Of a stretch of 64,000 nt of DNA, positions 55,501 through 61,128 are shown one piece after another. The DNA comes from a virus: positions 1 through 64,000 of the IMG/VR virus record IMGVR_UViG_3300010354_000069; one strand, given 5' to 3'. A program made the position numbers and the translations under genes. The notes under the pieces were generated by a model. It was not told the origin of the DNA. It made no database searches and saw only the letters and a program-made list of their open reading frames with translations. Every line of letters begins with the position of its first letter. Position 1 is the first letter of the stretch.

Positions 55501-58153
55501 CTGCCATACCAGCGCCAAAACCCAGCAGCGACGCAATCTTCGCGGAAGTGCCCTGATGCTGGAAGACTTGCATTGGGTAGCCAATACCCAAAGAGAAGTA
55601 TCCTAGAGCTGAGCTTGTGACTTCACCCAGGCTCTGAGGCAAGAGATAGCTAGGAGTGAGATAGGAGACCTCTCTTTTGTAAGTCTTTCCTTCATTGATT
55701 ACACGCTCTGCTGCAATCTGGTCACTAAGAAGAAGAGGCTTACTAGCTAGCATGTCGCCAATAAAACCACTTATGACCGTAGTAGCCGCAAAAGCTCGTA
55801 CAGCATTGCGGATGCCAACACGCTCGGGACTTACAGTACTGTAGCCGTAAGCACTTGCCCTAGCATTTGCAAAATACTGGTTGGCCTTTCTGAAGGAGTT
55901 AGCAGCCTGACGAAACCTGCCAGAAACCAAATGTTTTACAGCAAGAGTATTCTCGACTTGTCCTGCTCTGACGTACACATCATCGTGTACTGTAATGTCT
56001 TCCACAAACAGATTCATTAGCGGGATCTTGGAGCTTAGCTTCGAGTACGCTTGTGTTACTTTACTCAAGCTCATTCGGGCTGTAAGTTCTACGGCATCCG
56101 GTTTAGCCATTCGCGCCGCTCTGAGGGAAGGCTCGTCAAGAGCTTCCATTACAGCGTTGTAGTATGGTCTAGCCTCCTTGAGCCCGGTAAGGCTTTCGAC
56201 CATAGGATAAACCGTGTGCTGGAAAGTAAACCTGGCGACGGACATGGAAAGCTGTTTGAGCTTGCCAAAAGCCGACATTGTCCCGCTTACACCGCTCGCA
56301 TACAGCTTGTATCCCACACTGTTTGAAGTAGCGGCATTTGCCATTACCTTTGCCTGATACTGACGCGCGCTTGAGACAATGTAGTCTTCAGCACTTGCAC
56401 TAATCGAGTGCAGAAAGTGCGTCGAGTAGTACAGCATAAGAAACGAGCCCAAATTGCTGCCGGCATCAACCAAGTAACGGGCCATCTCTGCGTAGGGCTC
56501 GGTTTTCATGCTGGGAGCTTGAGGGCTGTAACCACCTGAATAGAGGAATGATTCCAACCCGGTCATGTAGCGGTGGTGGTCTAAGTAACGACCGGCATTC
56601 ACGATGGCGCTACCAAGAAGCCCGCGATTACCGCGCTGCTCGACCATATAGCTGGCCTCGGCGCCGTAAACTTTACCCACGTAAGCTTTGAGCATGTAGC
56701 CCGCTGTAGGAGCTTGCATCAGGTAGTCAAGAGCCCGCACCTCAAGAGGCATGGTGCTGTAGTCCATGCGTTCACCTGTAGAACGCTCATAGTTGCTTGC
56801 GTACAAGTGCGACAGAATGCCACCGCGGTCGCGCTTAGGTGAGTAAGTAACTCGCCCGCCATACCCAATGACGTCGTAATCAGTGTTACGCCGAGTCTTG
56901 ACCATGTCCCCGTAAAACTGACTGGTCGCCATGTACATGGCAAAGTGCATGAAATTTGCGTCGTACAGAACACGTGGGTCAATCGTGTATTGCCAGCGCT
57001 GACCGGCGCCCGGTTTGGGCATATCCGCTGCTCTGGGCATCAGCGCGTCAACCATGAAGTCGTAACGCCTAGAACTGGGTGGCCTGACGCCGCGCACCGC
57101 TTTGGACCGATCAGGTCTTGCTGCGAACTTCTTGAACTCGCCGTCTTTAGCAATTAGCTCGTGCACGTACTCGGCGTAGCCAGCATCCTCAAGCTTGGTT
57201 GAAATCATCGTGGAGTAGCCCCTAGGGTTACCCATACTCATGCTTTTGGAAGCTCGGGCATCGCCAAGAAAACTGACGGCGTTCTTGCCGTGACCGACAG
57301 CCATCTGATTACGGTGAGAAGGGTTTCTGGTAATTGCCACTTCCAACGAGGGATACTTTTTGGAAGCTTCTGTAAGCTGTTCTATGACGCGGGCTTGGGT
57401 ATTGATGTCGCTGTCGGCTGTACCACCTATGAGTACGTGCGTGCGAGCACCCAAACGGCTTCTGTTGATGATCCTGTTGACGACACCCTCGTCGCTCAGT
57501 GTCGTGTAGGTAAGCGAGATGTCCTCAGTAGTTTCCAGTTGACGGTAGATCTCGTTGAAGTAAGTTGAGCGGTCACCCGCAGAGATGACCTTGAAGTGCT
57601 TGGTAGAAACCAGCGGCAGAGCCCTTTGCTCGCTTAGAGCTCTCTCATTCGCATAACCCGGAATTCCTGCACGAGTAGCAAGAAATTTCCACTCGCGGAT
57701 CATTTCTTTGTTGTCCGTCAAGTAGTACTCGTTCTGCTGCAGTTGTCTGCCCGTTCCAAATAACTTGGATCCTTTTAGGCGGCTGCTGGCTTTTTCACCC
57801 ATGCCGCTGGCTGTCATGTTAGCCGTGCCGCCGTAAACCCACTCGTGCCCCTGCTGGTCTACAAGGATACCTTGCTTGTAGTGGGTAAAGTCCTCGTTGG
57901 CTTTCATGTCCAACTCGATAACTTGCCCAGGGTACCTGCGTACGGCCTCTGCAGTATTTGCAGAGTTGCTGGAACGACCCCTAGGAGCTACGTATAGTTT
58001 GCGCTCACCAGGTCCGCTGAGAAAGCTCTGCAACGTCTTGGAATCAGGATCTACGTCAAACGAAGTTCGTACGAACGAACGAGCAGTAGCAGCAAGCCTG
58101 CTGTGGCTTTGCTGGTTTTCCTGCCCGTAGTGCAGTAACGAGCTGCGATCCAA
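40553..58153 (-). CDS. Giant (5,866 aa) multidomain virion/ejection protein: PLD-like, tape-measure-like, lytic transglycosylase, M23 peptidase, 2x zincin, 2x ART-like
   Basis: HYK....GGTANMT (PLD); IMQAETGG..S.KNARGLMQ...AYNAG (SLT, ~50050-50450); HQGVDI..YGHL..GSTGHSTGPHVHYE (M23, ~49360-49730); HELRH and HEVHH; two YYHGQ..G.G(Y/F)Y domains. AAGGA RBS before TTG. Confidence 0.88.
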   Translation of the reverse strand: MDRSSLLHYGQENQQSHSRLAATARSFVRTSFDVDPDSKTLQSFLSGPGERKLYVAPRGRSSNSANTAEAVRRYPGQVIELDMKANEDFTHYKQGILVDQQGHEWVYGGTANMTASGMGEKASSRLKGSKLFGTGRQLQQNEYYLTDNKEMIREWKFLATRAGIPGYANERALSEQRALPLVSTKHFKVISAGDRSTYFNEIYRQLETTEDISLTYTTLSDEGVVNRIINRSRLGARTHVLIGGTADSDINTQARVIEQLTEASKKYPSLEVAITRNPSHRNQMAVGHGKNAVSFLGDARASKSMSMGNPRGYSTMISTKLEDAGYAEYVHELIAKDGEFKKFAARPDRSKAVRGVRPPSSRRYDFMVDALMPRAADMPKPGAGQRWQYTIDPRVLYDANFMHFAMYMATSQFYGDMVKTRRNTDYDVIGYGGRVTYSPKRDRGGILSHLYASNYERSTGERMDYSTMPLEVRALDYLMQAPTAGYMLKAYVGKVYGAEASYMVEQRGNRGLLGSAIVNAGRYLDHHRYMTGLESFLYSGGYSPQAPSMKTEPYAEMARYLVDAGSNLGSFLMLYYSTHFLHSISASAEDYIVSSARQYQAKVMANAATSNSVGYKLYASGVSGTMSAFGKLKQLSMSVARFTFQHTVYPMVESLTGLKEARPYYNAVMEALDEPSLRAARMAKPDAVELTARMSLSKVTQAYSKLSSKIPLMNLFVEDITVHDDVYVRAGQVENTLAVKHLVSGRFRQAANSFRKANQYFANARASAYGYSTVSPERVGIRNAVRAFAATTVISGFIGDMLASKPLLLSDQIAAERVINEGKTYKREVSYLTPSYLLPQSLGEVTSSALGYFSLGIGYPMQVFQHQGTSAKIASLLGFGAGMAVTRGRGFGTFLAGIVGGSVAGGLTELLSGRGFTSFRQANKMFNVPRNVVVTKADGTQEEVGALTFMYSQGFRQFNSVRGALKSVTEFIANTPTALYRNTVKMIQADRDNFSWKVVTQQQAAAMTASDRMRQLDNEGFRGQITGDPGAVQGTIQKTLDIFRNFSVTAYKSEINQMSIDGLRIGWMGGPALFLSAATQGGRTSYAISFITPLPLQGSGTMSMPFYRMEKRGYKQLEYWLRGVKESNNYFDRLLYDAVSNKENSASSFASKIALNIMSLGYKPSTLVEAVAQLNVGAAAIAGPTLTALAVGTTFALANLAAKKHYQARELLLTGVKPPASSLFERVTGYLKYGQDTRVSLDPLTNIGNILTSETTSGASGISARRVVGTLLRGPGVAMRALMRVVTLPVTAPVGVLTGTASKVLGGSFSSGFMAPVRAGQSLATIGLSLMVFEAGRIVYNLHQRNYEGTPGSYIQSQINRYKIDYNDPNTPLGAVTSTFNKFMESGFRVLVNANSGERKISDVQPIIISRPTDSFAIEMNPIVGKFPVTPKGLAQRINWSIRKVLSAFSSESVIQGPEIVAMQHGYAAAQQTERDEDTTGFTRIKGRFSMGFGNLFTVASNKIAAVRPQNPQNKVLGGTSLAMATYGDYTMLTGFAPARKPAFMGRMFSSESPVYNLSPGLKLALRNRQALARTALVAWPAEMNDYLGGEKAYVGGYSRLSKQAYYTHYAMGRYDTQNNLVQGVRPLIVNPLRTAPGMKPYDSYDVAALAKEYAGYANRFYEKAKEVELFKLPDGIDQEFLATLEQSPTYRGIMAYIEGHKAAQQAAGMPITEMEDDSDTFDTLPFGMNKKILRPLSRNSSPEEFLLNFSNSEVNSNQQTRIGAIWLGFALGTAAMFAGHGIAAARTLLTISRDPALRAAYNVTKNLKADDPLKGFDIRRLMRAVEVTSAGKVLDPLTLEYNPSDASVLRMPRPGGGFSMLGAANGEPFGEGILPRGSVISGRARALGYQQIARAVIETYGDIKALAETKDVTRTLGTIRRLEIILESFAGHGPGSPAPPPGWSPGKRYLTAMNELQGIRTRLTAGGDFAKEINLFERTVFGVFRDFDDVMGLKPVDMPGFLNRAGLRASTFVGSIRKTFTFWKLRSVGAHVPEPQLGGTPPPPPPAVGIHEVRAGSIGTADPSHHTASTAQEERIASKNIQSATRITRFSSFMTGLGYGFRATALLASLALLSKSLLDTTESYENSVTFGLYGIGLGAFALGGISGIMKIADKAIVRPMLLSGAYGAVSNIAIAADPTISREARQTFREEGASELWKTFVLGGTLLATKKTSELAAAGAIALGAAKGGRVAGFAGLLVGGLVGWASFSLSSAVGKSQYEEALTKEKEGKELNWGDRVNKFFIGGLIDSIGWVQEHADKVDALKQLNTGVSAIFRTFNVGAAGYLNQSADYLLSMTLNKEYKKVSDKPLKFAAGLLNYWADTFVNTQIKAGLLESGDAGETSFSARHALWRSYSPIFYGVASERAWMSTAAKLEIAEQVRFTKRGIGASLLTVVAPEVLQSFSNTGLMSSSNDNLLNMSFASMYMARPRTGGGNVSAKRAFKFAPVPSVDQIIMGELHRRALMYETAVLGGANAMYNYMFTGGWSGFEVRSRTSAAERAEGAVPGRRTILSTLAEVTGGPVRTGSAGPVPEKYSAFITEASKRSGEAESFIRSIMQAETGGDYNERMVSPKNARGLMQIVPEAHDPTGKLNLFDPRTSIVTGANILAQFRRELVKKLGRAPTDLEVAAAYNAGVTGFMRSLRPGGKLPLETQRYIKQVEYYKYINEHFGSLKGIENTTDLAAYISKNLKMPKAEARDVAQRVRTQMARGGQYLPYDDPETYNQVSHFLGYAPTRKQRAELLHTAILRSTPSLTGFPVATERGISYNVTSPYLRDRGTHLHQGVDIQFYDTKTGSTNVPVVAFVGGRVIEKGVKGGYGNVVIVRTELKVKGKPVDILYGHLADDAANEVGVSVGDILVRGQRIGIQGSTGHSTGPHVHYEVRAGGTVLDPMHTPTATPTGSTQVPTAAQIEEYLSKNKDAAHSLPGAYTKMWKSFGFAENIAKSAETLYNQEFTRRGALLPGSTEPLRITLNPNAYTDTGERNEKRNYQDINKNANEDGKHRYDEDDDNDTTYGTISGLISGAFTAFMVWRIWKKVRKPSSVLDVPKPEDHDAVKGVDSLVKSFNSTLEKLAAGPDSVASRILLEDSAGSVSLHLAGHTLAAETADRTISPLSVVGVVATGAKNPTTAVLVSPEFIEAYDNIRTYDETTGRKEILRTLELIRKKLERKLEKDTENFTPEDTARLHEVTEQISLIEEERTKDIGTDLNKINNSVIQALEHLLSSTFLLDKESGGILDFAKHRHTKDGKTFTSAAPSVETLVKASILRSAALNMRARVMRGASQLNFLRLPFGFGEDRTGLAEGRLQQGVAAMQHLAKVAEHINRRFDQDPDTGRKRINYGERRANLLARLASHQGSATDQLQFLAEALIEGTGLKEGVDRTAIVNQVTEELVQMFTDIVKFGSGGPVQAPRNVKPGRRRGRGLLAKTNKIGDRVTIGRKGSSQEVNIDVEKTTQDLVNRTLENIFFLVNTPSPRGTAPSGRNGQQSLPFGQGGTGSDGLSGGTGDSGELGGSQAGSRGTGELTSSRTSPLNPSTGNLTPPSFTGGLNPNVYGKKTGKLPLPPGILPKLSHLYYKVKSTALKLAKRSILPAITLGSIALLGAPAEAATRIAHHAASGGGLSVFATMVAGTLGAGLLFLVDRRLRVVANRKLSGPQALENAYNKELIALSSDPNFIDRQNLLRKAKTTLAQMFPGAATSGAQYLLTPEEAQRLHYTRLGSASGAYYTRYPRRDRGFIVLSHKAIKDLERSFNKQPKVLSASESDSYSTLLHELRHSASNTIATQYNPSVAKDYYMKKVRSAIKRAGLLGALVHAPSIVKAYYYGSKQNKLMLYALEEATVEIGSVEHLREFVGRLTGHTVSTAPLVATYKFQRMFTRALLSLTDITSDTLYVEEDRVKLLSEKIAEKFRLNRSQATRIRKVINNYAVNVFVPSSYSSRFSIRRPVGSYKQSLKALDRLHRSLSSIARRDLPSFEILNDSSMVTVIDAELEKARRERGQRTSGIFGLLVGTGLALAAGMPAEAATLPFGHHVTSLADNALLMSQLGFSAAGILGWEGVKKLFGGNNKNQPLSSVVPASEAEPTRTALDFTTLKKDISRQITNRTYYHGQTHAPSGIPEASLHGSWWGGRGYYMAETVGQALDYAGLTVNSAGKTVRALVTKAKKQFGIVQKVRLNPTAQFIDFAQPAEVYKTEVRTMLQHTFETMLLHVNDSEKTSSKFNAELLRLLNALDTPDNKHNVEYFYKSAVEFMTSRFTAAEGLPPNFNSEVAVHTALRDSIVSQGYAGVRNTIFNENGQLVLMDSKEARETTVYAVVPGKRIKRLGALNLANLSEYTVQLLRYRASSDIIASARKPHHLFTTTIDKSSVSVARGFTYVRSTLKALQPKLLEKARQSLKRGAKPLALGLLGVGLALAAGMPAEAATHFRIETVVEPDLSKITTHYPSLINTLVPYLKFAAAGVFGATATALTASLVLKPRQTIDFLKTISARSVASLRHFVDTAKQLTAMQFALYETAKAVRSTLPREQRRGILPLPVILLNDIGVTNMPFSWDGMHTPRGMMAYINVRNKYTPYLLDIARQSRNKLGVASFEYREKSLERLLTTLHILSHEVHHEYSPRRRALARFGFDYDIKGHYATAPELALEEAAVETRAINVMPELIRRLRINVNSTTSVFSAYPEQRTMYNFLRDAAGLTDEQIYFTDRRVDLIKNAILRKHAAGNITRDMDLRLDFYTKRLVQEFAPKQDSVEMDKAVELINIYKTKIAKVLNISETSLPEVIPAEYSRNIEPYSHVAASTADRVSRLAKRAAERKGILGGRSGRLMSIAFTGLGLVAAATMPAEASSGFGTLITPEHFATLATSLLATAPVLGRLAYQTYRDRLQRASSQPGAISSLIRFAQKEARMLRLMLKMRADTRAAEQRAKYEWRSLPKTESASNLLPHELLDMELRTAAPETSTLARDAHTTRSGVVDFTAEKQAISDRLTSRAYYHGQDYRPYGIPELDVSGTWAEGAGFYVTPSRNDATDYSGVRGIKPSGWGHYSSAHYVQTFGFKPGARIMDFRAAPEVYEQEWREIIKSMYREMGVQDPNGKLAEQTYLELRSNAERTLEEVRRRSEKPGITSFTIHELMSTGIRELFAGIAAELLVDKYNKPSMFDNGDALKHLGNTTIERDGRTYIVAREAAYRAASTGARDIYLFTDRLFARTIASLGYAGYSMLLGRGWRAVERNVDQLIVVNPDELVEKAVHRYLKAGRSLVAVVARLSKDIAASSINPVVSAQRSVTDEPVKTPQAFSYTKRTFVPADEESRLVLGRAVRDFRKNPTPRSLNSLDQETLANRQRELIAARKQRRAVESVAEARREEVRSRTEATRGERPLQTLIEREEEINRQKQLKQDIWARLGTAGKPLERLQEAEERIQRTVERKEEIRSRLDKTSRERPMARQEQAEARIRRDIYQQRLANTSIMKSYEFSQQLGNPLFMLAMSVKSWMDFEDQKAKLHKQGYEMPFEQEVFFKASTGLFAVQAALEGYGRMVPLVTKRFGATTWAPKLAAVASKAALPLMVVVESSKTFVEYREAGTDRVARERALGHGVAGLSTIGILGLASAAAGFVVKTALTGAAAGTLAGGVGALPGAIAGTFAGIGIVLANIWAYGKINEHLVKSVDAHIDAKYRVGKSAAELSVRSTKELARVSSTSKQALPGTVSSSGSIEVEAVVSDKYERNVLDDVIENVDEFIQNVFYGKEAPAKSKNATVVVDTKANHGGVKSGAKDVPTGSTKDHSQRRTSKVEVDPQGKKVVIHQEHAGKKGKDDTLDRDYHRQGRSGSRDIPSAARKRAN
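43523..47290 (-). repeat. Four internal signal-peptide-like repeats (~47216-47290, 45971-46065, 44780-44863, 43523-43603)
   Basis: Protein repeats LLGAPAEAAT, LALAAGMPAEAAT (twice) and LVAAATMPAEASS. The 17-bp GGCATTCCAGCGGCTAG is identical in copies 2 and 3. Confidence 0.85.
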
Positions 58154-60133
58154 CTACCAGTCCTTCTGCGTAATCCTTGTATTACGCATTGAACCAGTGT
58201 CGGTGTTGCTACTTCTGCGCGGATCAACCAGTTTTGCACGATCTGCTAGCTGACGCTCCTCAGCAAAGAGATCGTTGATAGCGCGTGCGGTGTGAATCTG
58301 TCCGGAAGTCCTGATATTGTTGGAGCCGGTTTCAAAATAGCGGAACCTACGCTCATCCTGAGAAATTCTGTAGACAACGCAAGCCAAGCAGTCTGACAGA
58401 TCTTTCGAGCCCTTTGGTTTGGGGTGGTCGATACGACGCCCATTCATCAATTTGATTTCAGACAGTTCCTTGTGGAGCTTGGCTGCAGCAGGACTTTGGT
58501 CAGGTGGTGGAATGCGTACGCGGTCCTGATCAATCCACTCGCGCAGTACTTGGTATATCTTGCGCTGCTCGGTCTGGCTAAAGCTGGACTTCCACAGCTC
58601 GGTCGAAATGCCGGCAGAGTAGATACGCTGAATCATCATTGCACTATTCCAATGGTCGAAAGTCAGCTTCTTCAGGTGGATGGACTTGGATAACTTGATA
58701 ATCTCGTCGCAGACGTTTTCGTAGTCTACCAGGTAGATGTCGCCTCGACCCTTATCCACCGGACGCCACTCCAGCACAGCATTTACCTGTACGATCACGT
58801 TGCCCGTCAGCGGGTCTACGACAGGATGTGCCGAGAGAAAACCAAAGCTGTCGTGCTTGAGACCAGGATCGCAGTGACCAAAGCTGAACATCGCACCTTT
58901 AACGACTTCCTGTGGAGCAATGACTTCAATAGACGAAAACTTTCGCGGGCCGTCTGGTCCTTGCTGTACCGAGATCTTTGGAATGTAGTCGACCTGCAAC
59001 GGGTACTTCGAAGCGCGAGCCAGTGCGTGCTTGTGGAAGAAATTCTCTTCCGACCCAGGTCGTACGCCCGCGTAGTCTCGCATTGCCTCAACACCGCGAG
59101 TCAGGTATTCGGCCTTGATGCTGGGATGTTCCTCCTTGAGCAGAGCAAACTCCGGGTTCATATCCCAAGTTGCCAACCTGAATGCCAGAATGTGACTAGC
59201 TTCACCCTCAGCGTTGATGAACAGTCTATCCGTCAGGTCGCCCTCGCACCAAGCAGAGCTGATGACAATCTTTTTTGAGCCGAAGCGGGACAGCGTCAGG
59301 GTACCCTTGCCGACGTTGGCATAGAGATCGACGCCAGATTGACCAGAGCCGCCTTCAATACCAAAGCGGTTAGCCTCGTCCATCGCAAAGATCATCAACG
59401 TACGACCGACCAATCCCGAGCTGTTGCTATGACCGGCCCAGATCGTGATGTTCTTGGAAGGGTACTGAATATCCAGCGTGTTGATGATCAGCTTGCCTTG
59501 CTGCCGCAAGCCCTGAAAGTAAGGTGCCTGCTCAAGTCGGCCCTTGATGTTGGCAAACAGAGTATCCTTGGACTGCACTTCAGTTGTAGCAAGAACCAGC
59601 AAGTGAATGGGTGATCCGGCCATCAGACCAAATTCCTTGGCGGGATCCGGGTGCTGAATCAACTTGAAGTACTCGTAAGCACAGACAACGGAGATGATTG
59701 CGGTCTTCGAGCTTCTCATCCCCGCCTCAAGGCTGAGTTCTTGGTAGTGCTGGCCCTCAACCCAAGTGGTCTTGCCCTCGATGGCCCAGTTTTGCAGAAT
59801 CTCGCGCTCGTCCCAGTAGTCAGTAGCCTTCTTGCCGTACTTGGCGAGCTTGCCCTGAACCTCTTCCGGCCGTCCTTTGAACAGCGAACCCCACGTACCA
59901 CGCTCCAGCGGTAGTTGGTAGAGTGCTTTAAGAATGGCTCGCTGGCTAGGCCACAGTTCAATCTCAAGGATATCCGTCGCAAACTCGACAATATCCATCT
60001 CGAGCTTGGCCCGCTGCATCCCTTCGGAGATCAGCTCCGAGAGCAGCAGGTCGCTGGCGTTTACTGGTTTGCGGTTGCCTGGTGGCACTTGATTAATCCG
60101 TAAGAACGCCTCTGTACTGGAACTTGGCAGCAC
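58154..60133 (-). CDS. terL: Terminase large subunit
   Basis: LWPSQ, Walker A AGMRSSKT, Walker B FAMDE, ISS coupling motif, RNase H-like HCDPG, TFDHWNS and DHPK.GSKDLSD. Exact start uncertain. Confidence 0.9.
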   Translation of the reverse strand: MLPSSSTEAFLRINQVPPGNRKPVNASDLLLSELISEGMQRAKLEMDIVEFATDILEIELWPSQRAILKALYQLPLERGTWGSLFKGRPEEVQGKLAKYGKKATDYWDEREILQNWAIEGKTTWVEGQHYQELSLEAGMRSSKTAIISVVCAYEYFKLIQHPDPAKEFGLMAGSPIHLLVLATTEVQSKDTLFANIKGRLEQAPYFQGLRQQGKLIINTLDIQYPSKNITIWAGHSNSSGLVGRTLMIFAMDEANRFGIEGGSGQSGVDLYANVGKGTLTLSRFGSKKIVISSAWCEGDLTDRLFINAEGEASHILAFRLATWDMNPEFALLKEEHPSIKAEYLTRGVEAMRDYAGVRPGSEENFFHKHALARASKYPLQVDYIPKISVQQGPDGPRKFSSIEVIAPQEVVKGAMFSFGHCDPGLKHDSFGFLSAHPVVDPLTGNVIVQVNAVLEWRPVDKGRGDIYLVDYENVCDEIIKLSKSIHLKKLTFDHWNSAMMIQRIYSAGISTELWKSSFSQTEQRKIYQVLREWIDQDRVRIPPPDQSPAAAKLHKELSEIKLMNGRRIDHPKPKGSKDLSDCLACVVYRISQDERRFRYFETGSNNIRTSGQIHTARAINDLFAEERQLADRAKLVDPRRSSNTDTGSMRNTRITQKDW

Positions 60134-60665
60134 CAGACTTCAGGGCGTTGTACTTGACTTCAAGGAGCGCCTTGAATTCCTTCCAGTAGATCTTGATGTC
60201 CTGCTTTTCACTGCGGCCAACCTCAATGTCTACGTGGTAGTGGTCGGTAACCGCTTCAAGCGGCAGCTTGTGCCAAGCAACAAACTCGGCAACAAACTGG
60301 GCAGCAACTTCCAACTGGGCCTTTGTAATAGGTGCCTCGCCAAGATTGCTGGGCACGGCATTACGCATGCCGCAGAGACTTATCCCTACAGTGCCCGTGT
60401 TGGCTTTGAACGCATGACGGCCCTTCTCGGTAAGCTTCAGCAGTTTGACTACGTGCGCTTTGTCCTTGAGTTTATCGTAGGGAACGCAGTAGTGATAAAC
60501 GTCGTGTACCATACGGTAGGAACCACCGGTCCAGTGCATGATGATACGCTTTATCTTGCCTAGCTTCATGCTGCGCTGATCATTTTCTACCTCAAGCACA
60601 ACGTTCAGGCCATCTACATCGTGGTTGCCGTCACTGTGCTCGTCGGAAAGGTCAATGTAACCCAT
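60093..60665 (-). CDS. N-acetylmuramoyl-L-alanine amidase (Amidase_2) endolysin
   Basis: IIMHWT, YHY, HA..ANTG.VGISLC and TDH. Start ATG 60665 after GGAG. Confidence 0.82.
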   Translation of the reverse strand: MGYIDLSDEHSDGNHDVDGLNVVLEVENDQRSMKLGKIKRIIMHWTGGSYRMVHDVYHYCVPYDKLKDKAHVVKLLKLTEKGRHAFKANTGTVGISLCGMRNAVPSNLGEAPITKAQLEVAAQFVAEFVAWHKLPLEAVTDHYHVDIEVGRSEKQDIKIYWKEFKALLEVKYNALKSGAAKFQYRGVLTD

Positions 60666-60666
60666 T

Positions 60667-61128
60667 TCAGATGTCTCCCGTAACTGCAGGATGCAGTACA
60701 ACTACCAAGTAGAGTGTTGGAAGTAGTGTATCAGAGCTGTACCCGATATAAAAGAAGTCGCCGTGCTTGAGCTGCTGTAGCCACAAATTATCGTAGATGT
60801 GCGCGCCAAAGGTCATAGGGCGCAGATGCGGTACTGTGAGGTCGTCGTCAGGGTTGTCCACAAAATCTACCGAGACCGTGTAAACGGGCGTGAAGGTCTT
60901 GTCGTAGACCGTGTAGCCTTCAATATCAACGTTGTTCAGTCTTACGTAAAAATTAGCGGGTTCTACTATAACCACACTGTGCGGGTGCGTGATCATCTTT
61001 TCAATCAGTTCAGGCTCAAGTGCAGCAAGACTCCTGATGCCCTGTGGAGCTTTGCGTATGATTGGATTCAGGACGTCTAGAAGCTCAGGATCGTGTAGGT
61101 ATACTTGAGTAATACCATTAATTTTCAT
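60667..61128 (-). CDS. Hypothetical protein
   Basis: 153-aa ORF coupled to its neighbours. Confidence 0.55.
   Translation of the reverse strand: MKINGITQVYLHDPELLDVLNPIIRKAPQGIRSLAALEPELIEKMITHPHSVVIVEPANFYVRLNNVDIEGYTVYDKTFTPVYTVSVDFVDNPDDDLTVPHLRPMTFGAHIYDNLWLQQLKHGDFFYIGYSSDTLLPTLYLVVVLHPAVTGDI

Noticed and set aside
12618-60133. Inteins or self-splicing introns in polA, helicases, nrdJ or terL
   Set aside because: Motif spacing and protein lengths are ordinary. No C...HN-[C/S/T] boundaries or LAGLIDADG/HNH inserts were seen.
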